DNA from: an uncultured Actinomycetes bacterium
GTDB taxonomy: Bacteria; Actinomycetota; Thermoleophilia; Solirubrobacterales; Solirubrobacteraceae
Direction of reading: 5' to 3'
DNA: 64,000 nucleotides
Assembly: GCA_963774115.1 (NCBI GenBank)
Contig: CAVZDN010000001.1
Coordinates: 572,910-636,909, forward strand
Each line of letters starts with the position of its first letter. The first letter of the stretch is position 1. A program made the translations under genes and the position numbers. This document shows positions 40,907 through 51,675 of the stretch, one piece after another. The notes below the pieces were generated by a model that worked only from the letters and a program-made list of their open reading frames with translations, had not been told where the DNA came from and did not search any database.

Positions 40907-43018
40907 ATGGGGGCCACTGCTGCACCGAGCGTCAGATCGGCTGACGTAGGAACGCATCCACGGCGTGCCGACATCCCAGCGGCCGTTTGGATGGCCGTCC
41001 TGCCGACAGCCGGGATCGTGGCGCTCGCCGTCCTCGTGCTGGGTCCACCCTTGGGCAGGGCGCTGTTCGAGCTGCGCCCGTCCTACACGTTCTGGCCAAA
41101 CCAGCCGGTCGTTCCTGAGCGGACCGAGACCGGACGCTACCTCATCGCGCTCTGCGCGCCTGCGCTGCTGGCGGCGATGACGGCCGTCTTCGCACGCCTG
41201 CGGTCCCAGCCGCGACCGTGGCACACAGCGCTCGCCGTAGGGGTGACCCAGGTAGTCACCATCGGCATGCTGGTCGCGTGCATGATCGGCCAACACCGGC
41301 CCGAGTGGGAGCGTGTGTACTTCACACCGCGAACGCTCGTCGTCGCTGCCCCGATCGCCCTCGTCTTGTTCCTGGCGACGCGCGTCGACTGGATACGGAC
41401 GAGGATCGACCGGTTGACGCAGGAATCGCGCGCACGCCGCATCGGCGCCCTCACGCTGGCGGTCGCGATGTCAATCATCAGCGTGCTGCCGGCCGTCAAC
41501 TCCGACCGCTCGTTCGCCTGGAACATAGACGGATATCACGTGGCATTCCCGCTCGACGAAGCGTTCGCCGTCATCAACGGGCTGACGCCGCTCGTCGACT
41601 TCAGCGCGCAGTACGGATCGCTGTGGCCGTTCGGCTCGGCGATCTCGATGATCCTCTTCGGCAAGACGTTGCTCGTCTTCACCGTCACTATGGCCACGGC
41701 CACCGCGTTCGGGATGCTCGCGATCTACGGCGTCATGCGGCGCTCCGCACGTAATGCCGTCTTGGCCGCGCTGCTGTTCCTCCCATTCGTCGCGACGAGC
41801 TTCTTCATCGTGACCGGCACGTACGACAACCGCTTCTCATTCGGAACGTACTTCGCGATGTTCCCGCTGCGCTACACCGGGCCGTTCATACTCGCCTGGC
41901 TGACCGCTCGCCGGATCGACAAGCGAAGCGGGTCGACCTGGCCGCTGTTTCTGGTCAGCGGGCTCGTCATGCTGAACAACGTCGACTTCGGCGTCGCCGC
42001 GTTCGCGGCCACGCTCGTCGCGATCGTCCTGAGCCGCCAGGTCTCCGCTCGGCGTCTCACCGTCGACGTGCTGCGCGGCCTGGCTGGTGCGATGGCGCTC
42101 GTCACGCTGCTGACGCTCGCTGTCGCGGGGTCGTTTCCGCACCTCGCACGGCTCACAGAGTTCGGGCGTCTCTACGGACTTGGCGGCTTCAACGCCATAC
42201 CGCTGACGGGTGTGCTCGGGCTGCCACTCGTGATCTACCTCACGCACGTGGCGGCGATCGGCACCGCAGCAGCACGCTCGCTGGAGCAACAGGCCAACCG
42301 TGTGCTCACCGGGATGCTCGCCTGGGCCGGGGTGTTCGGGCTCGGCGCCGGCGACTACTACATGCTGCGCTCGCATCCCGACACCCTGCAGTCGACCTTC
42401 TCACCGTGGACGCTGTCGCTTGCGCTGCTCGCGATCGTCGCCATCCAGGCTGCTCGCACTGCCACGTGGCGCCGCCCGCCGATCATTGTCCTCACCATCC
42501 TCTACGGGCTCGGGATCACCGCCTGTTCATTGGCTCAGACGCCCACGCCATGGAGCCAGCTTCATCGACTTCATGCCCCGCCGGAGGTCGCGAGGCCCAA
42601 CGGGGCAGGACCGCCCCCACCGCTGTTCGCGCCAAAGGACAAAGCGACCCGAGATCTCGTCAGTTCGCTTGCAGACGGCCCGAACCGCTTCGTCATAAAA
42701 GCCGGTGCGCCGGTCGCCATCTACACAACCACCGGTCATCGCATGGCCGACACATATGGAATCGTCGACGTCGTGCCGTACACCGGCGCCGAATCGATCC
42801 AGACCGTCGAGCAGTTCGAAGCCTCGCTCGACGCGCTCGAGCGCGCCGGAGGAAACACCGTGGTGATACCCAGCGCCTCGAACCAAGGATTCTTCAAGTG
42901 GCTGAGGAGACGAGGTTTCCGCCCCGCGGGGCAGGCCAATGTAGAACCGGGCCTGCAGAACCTGGGCCTGCAGAAGTGGGTCGACACACGCCATCTGCGC
43001 GCACGAGCCCTCCACTGA
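40907..43018 (+). CDS. Large polytopic membrane protein, GT-C glycosyltransferase-like
   Basis: Many TM segments; DEAFAVINGLTPLVDFSAQYG loop motif; leaderless TACGAT-N7-ATG. Confidence 0.7.
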   Translation: MGATAAPSVRSADVGTHPRRADIPAAVWMAVLPTAGIVALAVLVLGPPLGRALFELRPSYTFWPNQPVVPERTETGRYLIALCAPALLAAMTAVFARLRSQPRPWHTALAVGVTQVVTIGMLVACMIGQHRPEWERVYFTPRTLVVAAPIALVLFLATRVDWIRTRIDRLTQESRARRIGALTLAVAMSIISVLPAVNSDRSFAWNIDGYHVAFPLDEAFAVINGLTPLVDFSAQYGSLWPFGSAISMILFGKTLLVFTVTMATATAFGMLAIYGVMRRSARNAVLAALLFLPFVATSFFIVTGTYDNRFSFGTYFAMFPLRYTGPFILAWLTARRIDKRSGSTWPLFLVSGLVMLNNVDFGVAAFAATLVAIVLSRQVSARRLTVDVLRGLAGAMALVTLLTLAVAGSFPHLARLTEFGRLYGLGGFNAIPLTGVLGLPLVIYLTHVAAIGTAAARSLEQQANRVLTGMLAWAGVFGLGAGDYYMLRSHPDTLQSTFSPWTLSLALLAIVAIQAARTATWRRPPIIVLTILYGLGITACSLAQTPTPWSQLHRLHAPPEVARPNGAGPPPPLFAPKDKATRDLVSSLADGPNRFVIKAGAPVAIYTTTGHRMADTYGIVDVVPYTGAESIQTVEQFEASLDALERAGGNTVVIPSASNQGFFKWLRRRGFRPAGQANVEPGLQNLGLQKWVDTRHLRARALH
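41553..41632 (+). repeat. 80-bp near-identical segment, copy 1 (copy 2 at 44478-44557)
   Basis: 79/80 identity by direct comparison. Confidence 0.9.
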
Positions 43019-43066
43019 GGCCGCGGACGACGCTCGCGGCATGCGCCGCGTCAACCGTGAGGGCGA

Positions 43067-43762
43067 GTGGGCAGAATCCACGCCATGCTCGCCCCGACCC
43101 TCGGCGTTCTCGCACTGCTCGCCGGCGCGACGGCGGTGCTGCGCAGTCGTTCCCGGCACTCGCGGCCGGCACGAGCGCGGATCCTCAAGCTGAAAGACGG
43201 GACGCGCACCGATGCCAACGGAGCCGTGCGCTCGGTGCAGGCCGCAGAGCTGACGCTGCCGCAGGCGGCGCTGGAGGAGCTGTGGAGTCCACCGCAGCTC
43301 GAGCGGCTCGCGCGCACCTACTGGCGCTTCCTCACACACGTGACGCTCGGGCTGATCCGCGTGGACTACGGCGCCGAGCAGCGCACGGTCGTGCTGCTGC
43401 GCAGGCCGCTGCGGCTGCTGCGCTTCAGGGCGCCCGAATACGAGATGGACGCGGAGCGTGGGGTCGTGCGGTGGCGGATCGAGGACGGGCTGCTGGTCGA
43501 GCGCCGCGGGCACCGCAGCGACGGCTACCTGCAGATCGCCGTCGCGCGGCGGCCGGCGCCGGCTGGCGCGCCCGACGACACGGCGATCCTCCACGTCGAG
43601 GTCGAGGTCGCGAACTTCTACCCGTCGATCGCGCGCAGGCTCAGCCGACCCGTCTACCGCGCAACGCAGTCGCGCATCCACGTGCTCATCACCCACGGTT
43701 TTCTGCGCTCGCTCGAGCGGCTCGACCTCGCCGAGTCGAGGGTCGGACGCTTCCTGCCCTGA
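43067..43762 (+). CDS. Hypothetical protein
   Basis: Host-like codon use; LERLARTYW, GLLV, TQSRIH; function not recognised. Confidence 0.7.
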   Translation: MGRIHAMLAPTLGVLALLAGATAVLRSRSRHSRPARARILKLKDGTRTDANGAVRSVQAAELTLPQAALEELWSPPQLERLARTYWRFLTHVTLGLIRVDYGAEQRTVVLLRRPLRLLRFRAPEYEMDAERGVVRWRIEDGLLVERRGHRSDGYLQIAVARRPAPAGAPDDTAILHVEVEVANFYPSIARRLSRPVYRATQSRIHVLITHGFLRSLERLDLAESRVGRFLP

Positions 43763-43804
43763 CTACCCGCTCGCGGGCCCTCATGGCTCTTCTAGTATCG
43801 CCTG

Positions 43805-45964
43805 ATGGGGGGAGGCTCGAGCGAGGTCGCTCAAGCACTATCGGGGACCGTGGGCGCGAGCCGAGCTTTCGCGCCCATGGACGTCGACGCCCTCATCTGG
43901 ATCCTGCTGATCCCATGCGCGGTGATTACGGTCGCCGCGCTGCTCGCGCTGGGCCCCCCGCTCGGGCGGCTGGCCTTTCCGGAGCGCGGGACGTTCGACT
44001 TCTGGAACACCGGAGGGCTTCGCCCTGAGCCGACGGAGCTCGCCCGCTACATGTTCCTGTCCGCTGCTCCTCTGCTGCTGGCGGGAGCATCGATCGCGGC
44101 TGCGCAGCGGACGCGCTGGGCAGCGTGGCTGACGTCACACCCGGCGCGCGGGATCGCCGGCCTCGCGCAGGTATTGACGATTGCTTTCCTCGTCGTCTGC
44201 TGGAGAGGCCAGTACATCCCGTCGCCCGGGATCATCTTCTTCACGCCCGCCACGCTCATCACCGCCGCGGCGCTGGCGGCTGGACTCGTGGGCATTGTGG
44301 TGAACCGGCGTCTGTACGAATGGTGCGGCGGGCTGTTGCGCGAGTCGCGCACCCGGAGGATCACCGCCCTTGCGGCCGCGGTCGCCGTGACCGCCATCTG
44401 GCTGCTGCACGCCGTCAACGGCGAGGTGTCGATCGGGACGGCAAACCCGATCACGAGATACCACACGGCGTTCCCGTTCGACGAAGCGTTCGCCGTCATC
44501 AACGGGCTGACGCCGCTCGTCGACTTCAGCGCACAGTACGGATCGCTGTGGCCGTTCCTCAGCGCCGCCTCGCTCACGCTCTTCGGGAAGAACCTGCTCG
44601 TCTTCTCGGTGACGATGTGCCTCCTGACCGGGCTCGCACTGCTTGCGATCTTCGGCGTGCTGCGACGTGTCACCCAGAGCTCGTTCGCCGCGCTCCTGCT
44701 CTATCTGCCATTGCTGGCCACGAGTTGCTTCATGGTCATCGTCGGCAACCCGATAAGCCGGCATACGTTCGTGTCGTACTACGCGATGTTCCCGTTGCGC
44801 TACGCCGGCCCCTACCTGCTCGCGTGGCTGACGGCTCGCCAGTTGGGCCGCGACGTCGCGGCACGCAGTTGGCCGATCTTCGTCGCGGCCGGCTTGGTCG
44901 TGCTGAACAACACCGAGTTCGGCATCGCGGGGCTCGCTGCCACCGTCGCAGCCCTGCTCTGGACGATGCGTGCGCATTCGCGGCGAGCGCTCCTCGTGCT
45001 CCTTGCGAACGTCCTGGCGGGTTTGGCGGGCGCCCTCGCGCTCGTGTCCGTGCTGACGCTCGTGCGCGCGGGGTCGCTGCCACATCTGGGCCGGCTCAGC
45101 GAGTTCGCGCGCGTCTACGTGCTGGGCGGATTCGGGCTCATACCGATGCCGCGCATCCTCGGGTTCCACCTGATCATCTACGTGACGTACGTCGCCGCGA
45201 TCGCCGCTGCCACCGCACAGCGACTGAGGCACGACGCGAACCGCATCCTGACCGGGATGTTGGCGTGGAGCGGCGTCTTCGGACTCGGGGCGGCCATGTA
45301 CTACGTCGGCCGCTCGGGCGACGACACGCTGCCGTGCACCTTCTCGGCATGGGCCCTCGCCGTTGCCCTGCTGACGGTGGTCGCTGTCCAGCGCACCGCA
45401 GCGAAGCGTCGCCGTCTTCCAAGCCTCGCGTTGCTCGCGGCGTTCTACGGGATGGGCATCACCGCGTGCTCGCTCGCCCAGATGCCGATGCCGTGGACGC
45501 AGCTCGACCGGATCCGGCAGCCACTGGCGCAAAACGCCTCGTTCATATACGCGCCGGACATGGAACCGGAGACGCGCAATCTCGTGAGCAGCATCGCCGA
45601 CGGACGAGGTCGCTTCGTGGTGCGACGAGGTGCTCCGGTGGCAATCCTCGCGACGACCGGGCACCGCATCGCAGACGCCTACGGCATCAGAAACATTGTG
45701 CCTTACACCGGAATCGATTCGATCCAGACGATACGACAGTTCGACGACGTCATCGAGATTCTGCGTCGTGCGGGCGGCAACACCGTGCTGGTGCCCTCCG
45801 GGCCAACGTACGTCTTCGAAGAGCTGACCCGGCTCGGGTTCGCGTTCGTCACGTCCACCGGCGGCCTGCGGAGATGGAGCGGCAAGGAAGCCGACATGCT
45901 CCACGCTGGCGAATTCTCAAAGTGGGTGGACCTGCGCAACCTCCACGCGCCGGCCCTGCGATAG
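43805..45964 (+). CDS. Large polytopic membrane protein, GT-C-like; paralog of 40907-43018
   Basis: Colinear motifs (DEAFAVING, AMFPLRY, LNN, TTGHR, KWVD); leaderless TAGTAT-N6-ATG. Confidence 0.7.
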   Translation: MGGGSSEVAQALSGTVGASRAFAPMDVDALIWILLIPCAVITVAALLALGPPLGRLAFPERGTFDFWNTGGLRPEPTELARYMFLSAAPLLLAGASIAAAQRTRWAAWLTSHPARGIAGLAQVLTIAFLVVCWRGQYIPSPGIIFFTPATLITAAALAAGLVGIVVNRRLYEWCGGLLRESRTRRITALAAAVAVTAIWLLHAVNGEVSIGTANPITRYHTAFPFDEAFAVINGLTPLVDFSAQYGSLWPFLSAASLTLFGKNLLVFSVTMCLLTGLALLAIFGVLRRVTQSSFAALLLYLPLLATSCFMVIVGNPISRHTFVSYYAMFPLRYAGPYLLAWLTARQLGRDVAARSWPIFVAAGLVVLNNTEFGIAGLAATVAALLWTMRAHSRRALLVLLANVLAGLAGALALVSVLTLVRAGSLPHLGRLSEFARVYVLGGFGLIPMPRILGFHLIIYVTYVAAIAAATAQRLRHDANRILTGMLAWSGVFGLGAAMYYVGRSGDDTLPCTFSAWALAVALLTVVAVQRTAAKRRRLPSLALLAAFYGMGITACSLAQMPMPWTQLDRIRQPLAQNASFIYAPDMEPETRNLVSSIADGRGRFVVRRGAPVAILATTGHRIADAYGIRNIVPYTGIDSIQTIRQFDDVIEILRRAGGNTVLVPSGPTYVFEELTRLGFAFVTSTGGLRRWSGKEADMLHAGEFSKWVDLRNLHAPALR
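44478..44557 (+). repeat. 80-bp near-identical segment, copy 2
   Basis: Matches 41553-41632 with one mismatch. Confidence 0.9.
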
Positions 45965-45967
45965 CCG

Positions 45968-46969
45968 CTAGCCGTACCGGCCGCCGGTCACGGCACGCAG
46001 CTTCGCGCGGTCGTGGCGGGCGTGGATGCGGCGGACGGTGCCGGAGCGGGAGCGCATCACGAGCGACTCGGTGGTGGCGCCGGAGCCGCGGTAGCGGACC
46101 CCTTGCAGCACGTCGCCGTCGGTGACGCCGGTGGCGGAGAAGAAGACGTCGTCGCCGGCGACGAGGTCGTCGCACGTGAGGACGCGGTCGAGGTCGTAGC
46201 CGGCGTCGAGCGCGGCGGTGCGCTCCTCGTCGTTGCGCGGCCACAGGCGGCCGAGCAGCTGGCCGCCCATGCACTTCAGCGCGGCGGCGGAGATGACGCC
46301 CTCGGGCGTGCCGCCGATGCCCCACAGCAGGTCGACGGGCGAGCGCTCGCTGACGGCGAGCAGCGATGCCGAGACGTCGCCGTCGAGGATCAGGCGGATG
46401 CGGGCGCCGGCCTCGCGCACCTGCTTCATCGCCTCCTCGTGACGCGGACGGTCGAGCATCACGACCGTGACGTCGCCGATGCCCATGCCCTTGCGCTCGG
46501 CGACGAGCTTGAGCGTCTCCGGCAGCGGGCGGTCGAGCGACAGCAGGTCGGCGATCTCCTCGCCGCCCGCGATCTTCTCCATGTAGACGCACGGGCCCGG
46601 GTCGAACATCGAGCCGCGCTCGGCGAGCGCGATCACGGCCAGCGCGCTCGGCATCCCGAGGGCAGTGAGGCGGGTGCCCTCGAGCGGGTCGACCGCGATG
46701 TCGACGAGCGGCAGCGAGCCGTCGCCGATGTGCTCGCCGTTGTAGAGCATCGGCGCCTCGTCCTTCTCGCCCTCGCCGATTACGACGAGGCCGTCCATCG
46801 GGACCGAGTCGAGCACGAAGCGCATCGCGTCGACGGCCGCCTGGTCGGCGGCCTCCTTGTCGCCGCGACCGACGAGGCGGGCGGCGGCGAGCGCCGCGGC
46901 CTCCGTGACGCGCACGAGCTCGAGCGCGAGGTTGCGGTCCGGACGGGCGGGCTGCTCAGCTGAGGTCAT
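45968..46969 (-). CDS. glpX: Class II fructose-1,6-bisphosphatase
   Basis: DRNLALELVRVTE, VIGEGEKDEAPML, DPLEGT, GGTPEGV, ATGVTDG. Confidence 0.96.
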   Translation of the reverse strand: MTSAEQPARPDRNLALELVRVTEAAALAAARLVGRGDKEAADQAAVDAMRFVLDSVPMDGLVVIGEGEKDEAPMLYNGEHIGDGSLPLVDIAVDPLEGTRLTALGMPSALAVIALAERGSMFDPGPCVYMEKIAGGEEIADLLSLDRPLPETLKLVAERKGMGIGDVTVVMLDRPRHEEAMKQVREAGARIRLILDGDVSASLLAVSERSPVDLLWGIGGTPEGVISAAALKCMGGQLLGRLWPRNDEERTAALDAGYDLDRVLTCDDLVAGDDVFFSATGVTDGDVLQGVRYRGSGATTESLVMRSRSGTVRRIHARHDRAKLRAVTGGRYG

Positions 46970-47065
46970 CGGATGGGCGGCGTTCGGGGGCTCGAAGGGG
47001 GGCCGCCGCGCCCGGACGCTACCAGCGCGTACGGCAGGGGGAGCCGCGGGTATGGTGCGACGGCG

Positions 47066-47818
47066 ATGGAGCTGCGCCGCCTGCACCCCACCCCGGGCAC
47101 CGTCGAGACCGCCGAGTTGCTGCGCGATCTCGCGCTCGGCGCGCGCGCCCACGCGGACCGGCCGTGGCTGGTGACGAACTTCGCGACGACCGCCGACGGG
47201 CGTGCGGCGGTCGACGGTCGCTCCGGGCCGATCGGCGACGACGGCGACATGGAGATCTTCCGGCGACTGCGCACGCAGGTCGACGGCCTGCTCGTCGGCA
47301 CCAACACGCTGGGGGTCGAGCGGTACGGACGCGCGGTGAGGCGGCCGGAGCTGCGCGCGGCGCGCGAGGCGATCGGGCTGGCGTCGGAGCCGCTGTTCGC
47401 GACGGTGAGCCGCAGCGGAGTGCTGCCGACCGAGATCCCGCTGTTCGCCGAGCCGGAGGCGACGGTCGTCGTCTTCACGACGCCGGAGGCACCTGAGCCG
47501 GAGTGCGCCGCGAACGTGCGGATGATCCGGCTCGACCCGGCCGAGCTGACGCTGACGAGCGCGCTGCGGCTGCTGCGCGCCGAGCACGGCGTCCGCTCGC
47601 TGCTGTGCGAGGGCGGACCGACGCTGATGGGCGCGCTGCTCGGCGAGGGGCTTGTCGACGAGCTGTTCCACACGCTCGCGCCGCAGCTCGCCGGCGGCGG
47701 CACGGCTCCCACGCTCGCGATGGGCGCCGGGCTGCCCGAGCCGGCCGCGCTGGAGCTCGTGTGGGCGCTGGAGCGTGCCGGCTCGCTGTACCTGCGCTAC
47801 GCCGTCCAGCGCGCCTGA
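47066..47818 (+). CDS. RibD C-terminal / dihydrofolate reductase-like protein
   Basis: NFATTADG, LLVGTNT, LLCEGGPTL, VDEL. Confidence 0.88.
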   Translation: MELRRLHPTPGTVETAELLRDLALGARAHADRPWLVTNFATTADGRAAVDGRSGPIGDDGDMEIFRRLRTQVDGLLVGTNTLGVERYGRAVRRPELRAAREAIGLASEPLFATVSRSGVLPTEIPLFAEPEATVVVFTTPEAPEPECAANVRMIRLDPAELTLTSALRLLRAEHGVRSLLCEGGPTLMGALLGEGLVDELFHTLAPQLAGGGTAPTLAMGAGLPEPAALELVWALERAGSLYLRYAVQRA

Positions 47819-47840
47819 GGCGCGGTGTAGCCTGAGGGCG

Positions 47841-48320
47841 GTGAAGATCGCCTGCGGCTCCGACCATGCCGGCGTTCCGCTGCGGGACGCCGTCGTCGGT
47901 GCGCTGGAGGCGGACGGGCATACGGTCCTGGACGTCGGCACGTACGACGACTACCCGCTCGCGGCCGTCGCCGTCGCGCGTGTACTCGCCGCGGACGCCG
48001 AGCGCGCTGTGCTCGTGTGCGGCTCCGGGGCAGGCGTCGCGGTCGCGGCCTCGAAGCTTGCGGGCGTGCGCGCCACGCCGATCCACGACTCCTACACGGC
48101 GCACCAGTGCGTCGAGCACGACGACGTCAACGTCGGCTGCCTCGGCGCGCGCGTGATCGGACCCGAGCTGGCCGCCGAGCTGGTGCGGACGTTCGCGGGC
48201 GCGTCCTTCACCGGCGCCGAGCGCCACCACCGCCGGCTCGCCCAGATCGCGGCGCTGGAGCGCGACGGCATCGACGCGCAGCTTCCGCGGCCCGGCCGCT
48301 CCGGGGACGACGCGCGATGA
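47841..48320 (+). CDS. rpiB: Ribose-5-phosphate isomerase B
   Basis: GSDHAG, DYP, CGSGAG, EHDDVN, RHHRRL. Confidence 0.93.
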   Translation: MKIACGSDHAGVPLRDAVVGALEADGHTVLDVGTYDDYPLAAVAVARVLAADAERAVLVCGSGAGVAVAASKLAGVRATPIHDSYTAHQCVEHDDVNVGCLGARVIGPELAAELVRTFAGASFTGAERHHRRLAQIAALERDGIDAQLPRPGRSGDDAR

Positions 48321-49980
48321 GCACGGCGCTGCCCGCCGGGATCGCCGCGCGGCTGACCGACGCACAGGCAGGCGCGATCGCCGCGCGCGTCGCGCAGGCG
48401 AGCGCGGACGACGTGCTGCGGCGCGTGTGGGCGAAAGACGACACGCTGTGGCCGGCCGGCGACGACCAGCCCTCGCAGCGACTCGGCTGGCTGACGATCG
48501 CCGGGCGATCGCTGACGCGGCTGGACGAGGTGACGGCGTTCGCCGAGGAGCTGAGCGCGGAGGGCTTCACCGACTGCGTCCTGCTCGGGATGGGCGGATC
48601 GAGCCTTGCCCCGGAGGTGCTGCGCCAGACGTTCGGGGCGTCAGCCGACTTCCTGCGCCTCCACGTGCTCGACTCGACGCACCCCGGGGCGGTCGCGGCC
48701 GTCGCCGAGCGCGTGCCGCTCGCGACGACGCTCTTCCTGCTGTCGTCGAAGTCGGGCGGGACGCTGGAGCCGCGCTCGATGCACGCCTGCTTCCACGCAC
48801 TCGTCCCCCACGGGCGCCAATGGGCGGCCGTGACCGATCCGGGCACCGCGCTGGAGCAGCTGGCGCGCGAGCAGGGCTTCCGCCGCGTCTTCCACGGCGC
48901 GCCGGACATCGGCGGGCGCTACTCCGCGCTGTCGGCGTTCGGCGTCGTGCCGGGCGCGCTGATCGGCGCCGACATGCGCGGCCTGCTGGAGCGCGCCGAG
49001 GTCGCGGCGCACACCGCCGCCCCCATGCCCGACCCGGCGCGGCCCGCGCCGGCGCTGTGGCTCGGACTCGCGCTCGGCGAGCTGGCGAGCCGCCGGCGCG
49101 ACAAGCTGACGTTCGTCGTCGATCCGCCGCTGGCGTCGCTCGGGCTGTGGCTGGAGCAGCTCGTCGCCGAGAGCAGCGGCAAGCACGGCAAGGGGATCGT
49201 GCCGATCGCCGACGAGCCGCTCGGGCCGCCGGAGTCCTACGGCGAGGATCGCGTGTTCGTGCACGTGCGCGGCGAGCGCACGAGCGCGGAGACGACGCAG
49301 CGGCTCGCGACACTGGCGAAGGCCGGCCATCCGGTGATCGCCGTGCCGTTCGCCGACCCGCTCGACCTGGGCGCACTGTTCTTCGAGTGGGAGCTGGCGA
49401 CTGCCGTCGCCTGTGCGGTGCTCGGCGTCAACGCGTTCGACCAGCCGAACGTGCAGGAGGCGAAGGACCTGACGGTCGCGACGATCGAGGCGTACGTGCG
49501 CGACGGCTCCTTCCCGGCCGCCGACGCGGAGGCGGTCGCGGGCGAGGCGGCGGGAACCGCGCTGCGCGAGCTGCTCGACGCGCACGCCGGCGCCGGCTCC
49601 TACGTCGCGACGATGGCCTACCTCGCGCCCGACCCGGCCGTGGACGAGGCGCTGACCGCCCTGCGTCTCGCGATCCGCACCCGCACGCGCGCCGCCACGA
49701 CGGTCGGCTACGGGCCGCGCTTCCTGCACTCGACCGGGCAGCTGCACAAGGGCGGCCCGGCCAGCGGCGTCTTCGTGCAGCTCGTGGACGACGGCCGCGC
49801 CCGCGTCGACGTACCCGGCGCCGGCTACGACTTCGCGGCGCTGGTGCGCGCGCAGGCGCTCGGCGACGGACGCGCGCTGCGCGAGCGCGGACTGCCGTTC
49901 TTGCGGATCCACCTGCCCGCCGACGCGGCCGCGGGCATCGCAGCACTCACCGCGGCACTCGAATCGGAGGACTCCCCCTG

Positions 49981-49981
<1 letters not shown>
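48317..49981 (+). CDS. pgi: Glucose-6-phosphate isomerase (type often fused to transaldolase)
   Basis: GMGGSSL, SSKSGGTLE, IGGRYSALS, AESSGK, FDQPNVQEAK, HSTGQLHKGG. Confidence 0.9.
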
Positions 49982-50880
<899 letters not shown>

Positions 50881-50896
50881 TGGGAACACTCGACCT

Positions 50897-51595
50897 GTGA
50901 TCCGGCTGACCGTCGCCGGCGACGACGCCGCAGCGGCGCACATGTGCGCCGAGCGGATGGCTGCCGCGATCCAGGACGCCCGCGCCCAGCGCGGCGTCGC
51001 GCACATCTCGCTCGCCGGCGGCCGCACGCCCGCACGGACCTACGGGCTGCTCGCCGAGCTGGTCGACGACTGGAGCCACGTGCACCTGTGGTTCGGCGAC
51101 GAGCGCTGCGTCCCTCCTGAGGACCCCGACAGCAACCACGCGCTGGTCGCCGGCACGCTGCTCGCCGGCGTCCGCGGCGCGCCCCCGCACGTCCACCGGG
51201 TCACAGGCGTGGAGACGGATGCCGAGGCCGCGGCCGCGGCGTATGAGCTGGAGCTGCGCCACGCGCTGCCGGGCGACCCTCCGCTGCTCGACGTCGCCTA
51301 CCTCGGACTCGGTGAGGACGGCCACACCGCTTCGCTGTTCCCGGACGATCCCGTGCTGGAGGAGCGCGAGCGCCTCTGCGTCCCGGTACACGGCACGAAG
51401 CCGCCCTTCCAGCGCGTCACGCTGACGCTTCCGATCCTGCGCAGCGCGCGCCGCATCCTGATGCAGGCAGAAGGCTCGGGCAAGGCATGGGCCGTCGGCC
51501 AGCTGCTGACCGGTCCCAGCTCGCGCGTACCCGCCAGCCTGCTCGTAGACGGCGAGGTCGAGCTGGTCGTGGACCGCGCCGCCGCGCCAAGCTGA
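50897..51595 (+). CDS. pgl: 6-phosphogluconolactonase
   Basis: LAGGRTP, FGDERCV, GLGEDGHTASLFP. Confidence 0.94.
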   Translation: MIRLTVAGDDAAAAHMCAERMAAAIQDARAQRGVAHISLAGGRTPARTYGLLAELVDDWSHVHLWFGDERCVPPEDPDSNHALVAGTLLAGVRGAPPHVHRVTGVETDAEAAAAAYELELRHALPGDPPLLDVAYLGLGEDGHTASLFPDDPVLEERERLCVPVHGTKPPFQRVTLTLPILRSARRILMQAEGSGKAWAVGQLLTGPSSRVPASLLVDGEVELVVDRAAAPS

Positions 51596-51675
51596 CGCAC
51601 CGAACTCCTTACGATCCTGAGAGCTTCCGCCTCCAGCGGGTTTCAGGGCGGTCGCGACGTGTCAGACTGCTCGCA

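Noticed and set aside
41553-44557. 80-bp repeat pair as a diversity-generating retroelement TR/VR
   Set aside because: Only one mismatch, both copies are in-frame conserved coding sequence, and no reverse transcriptase is present.
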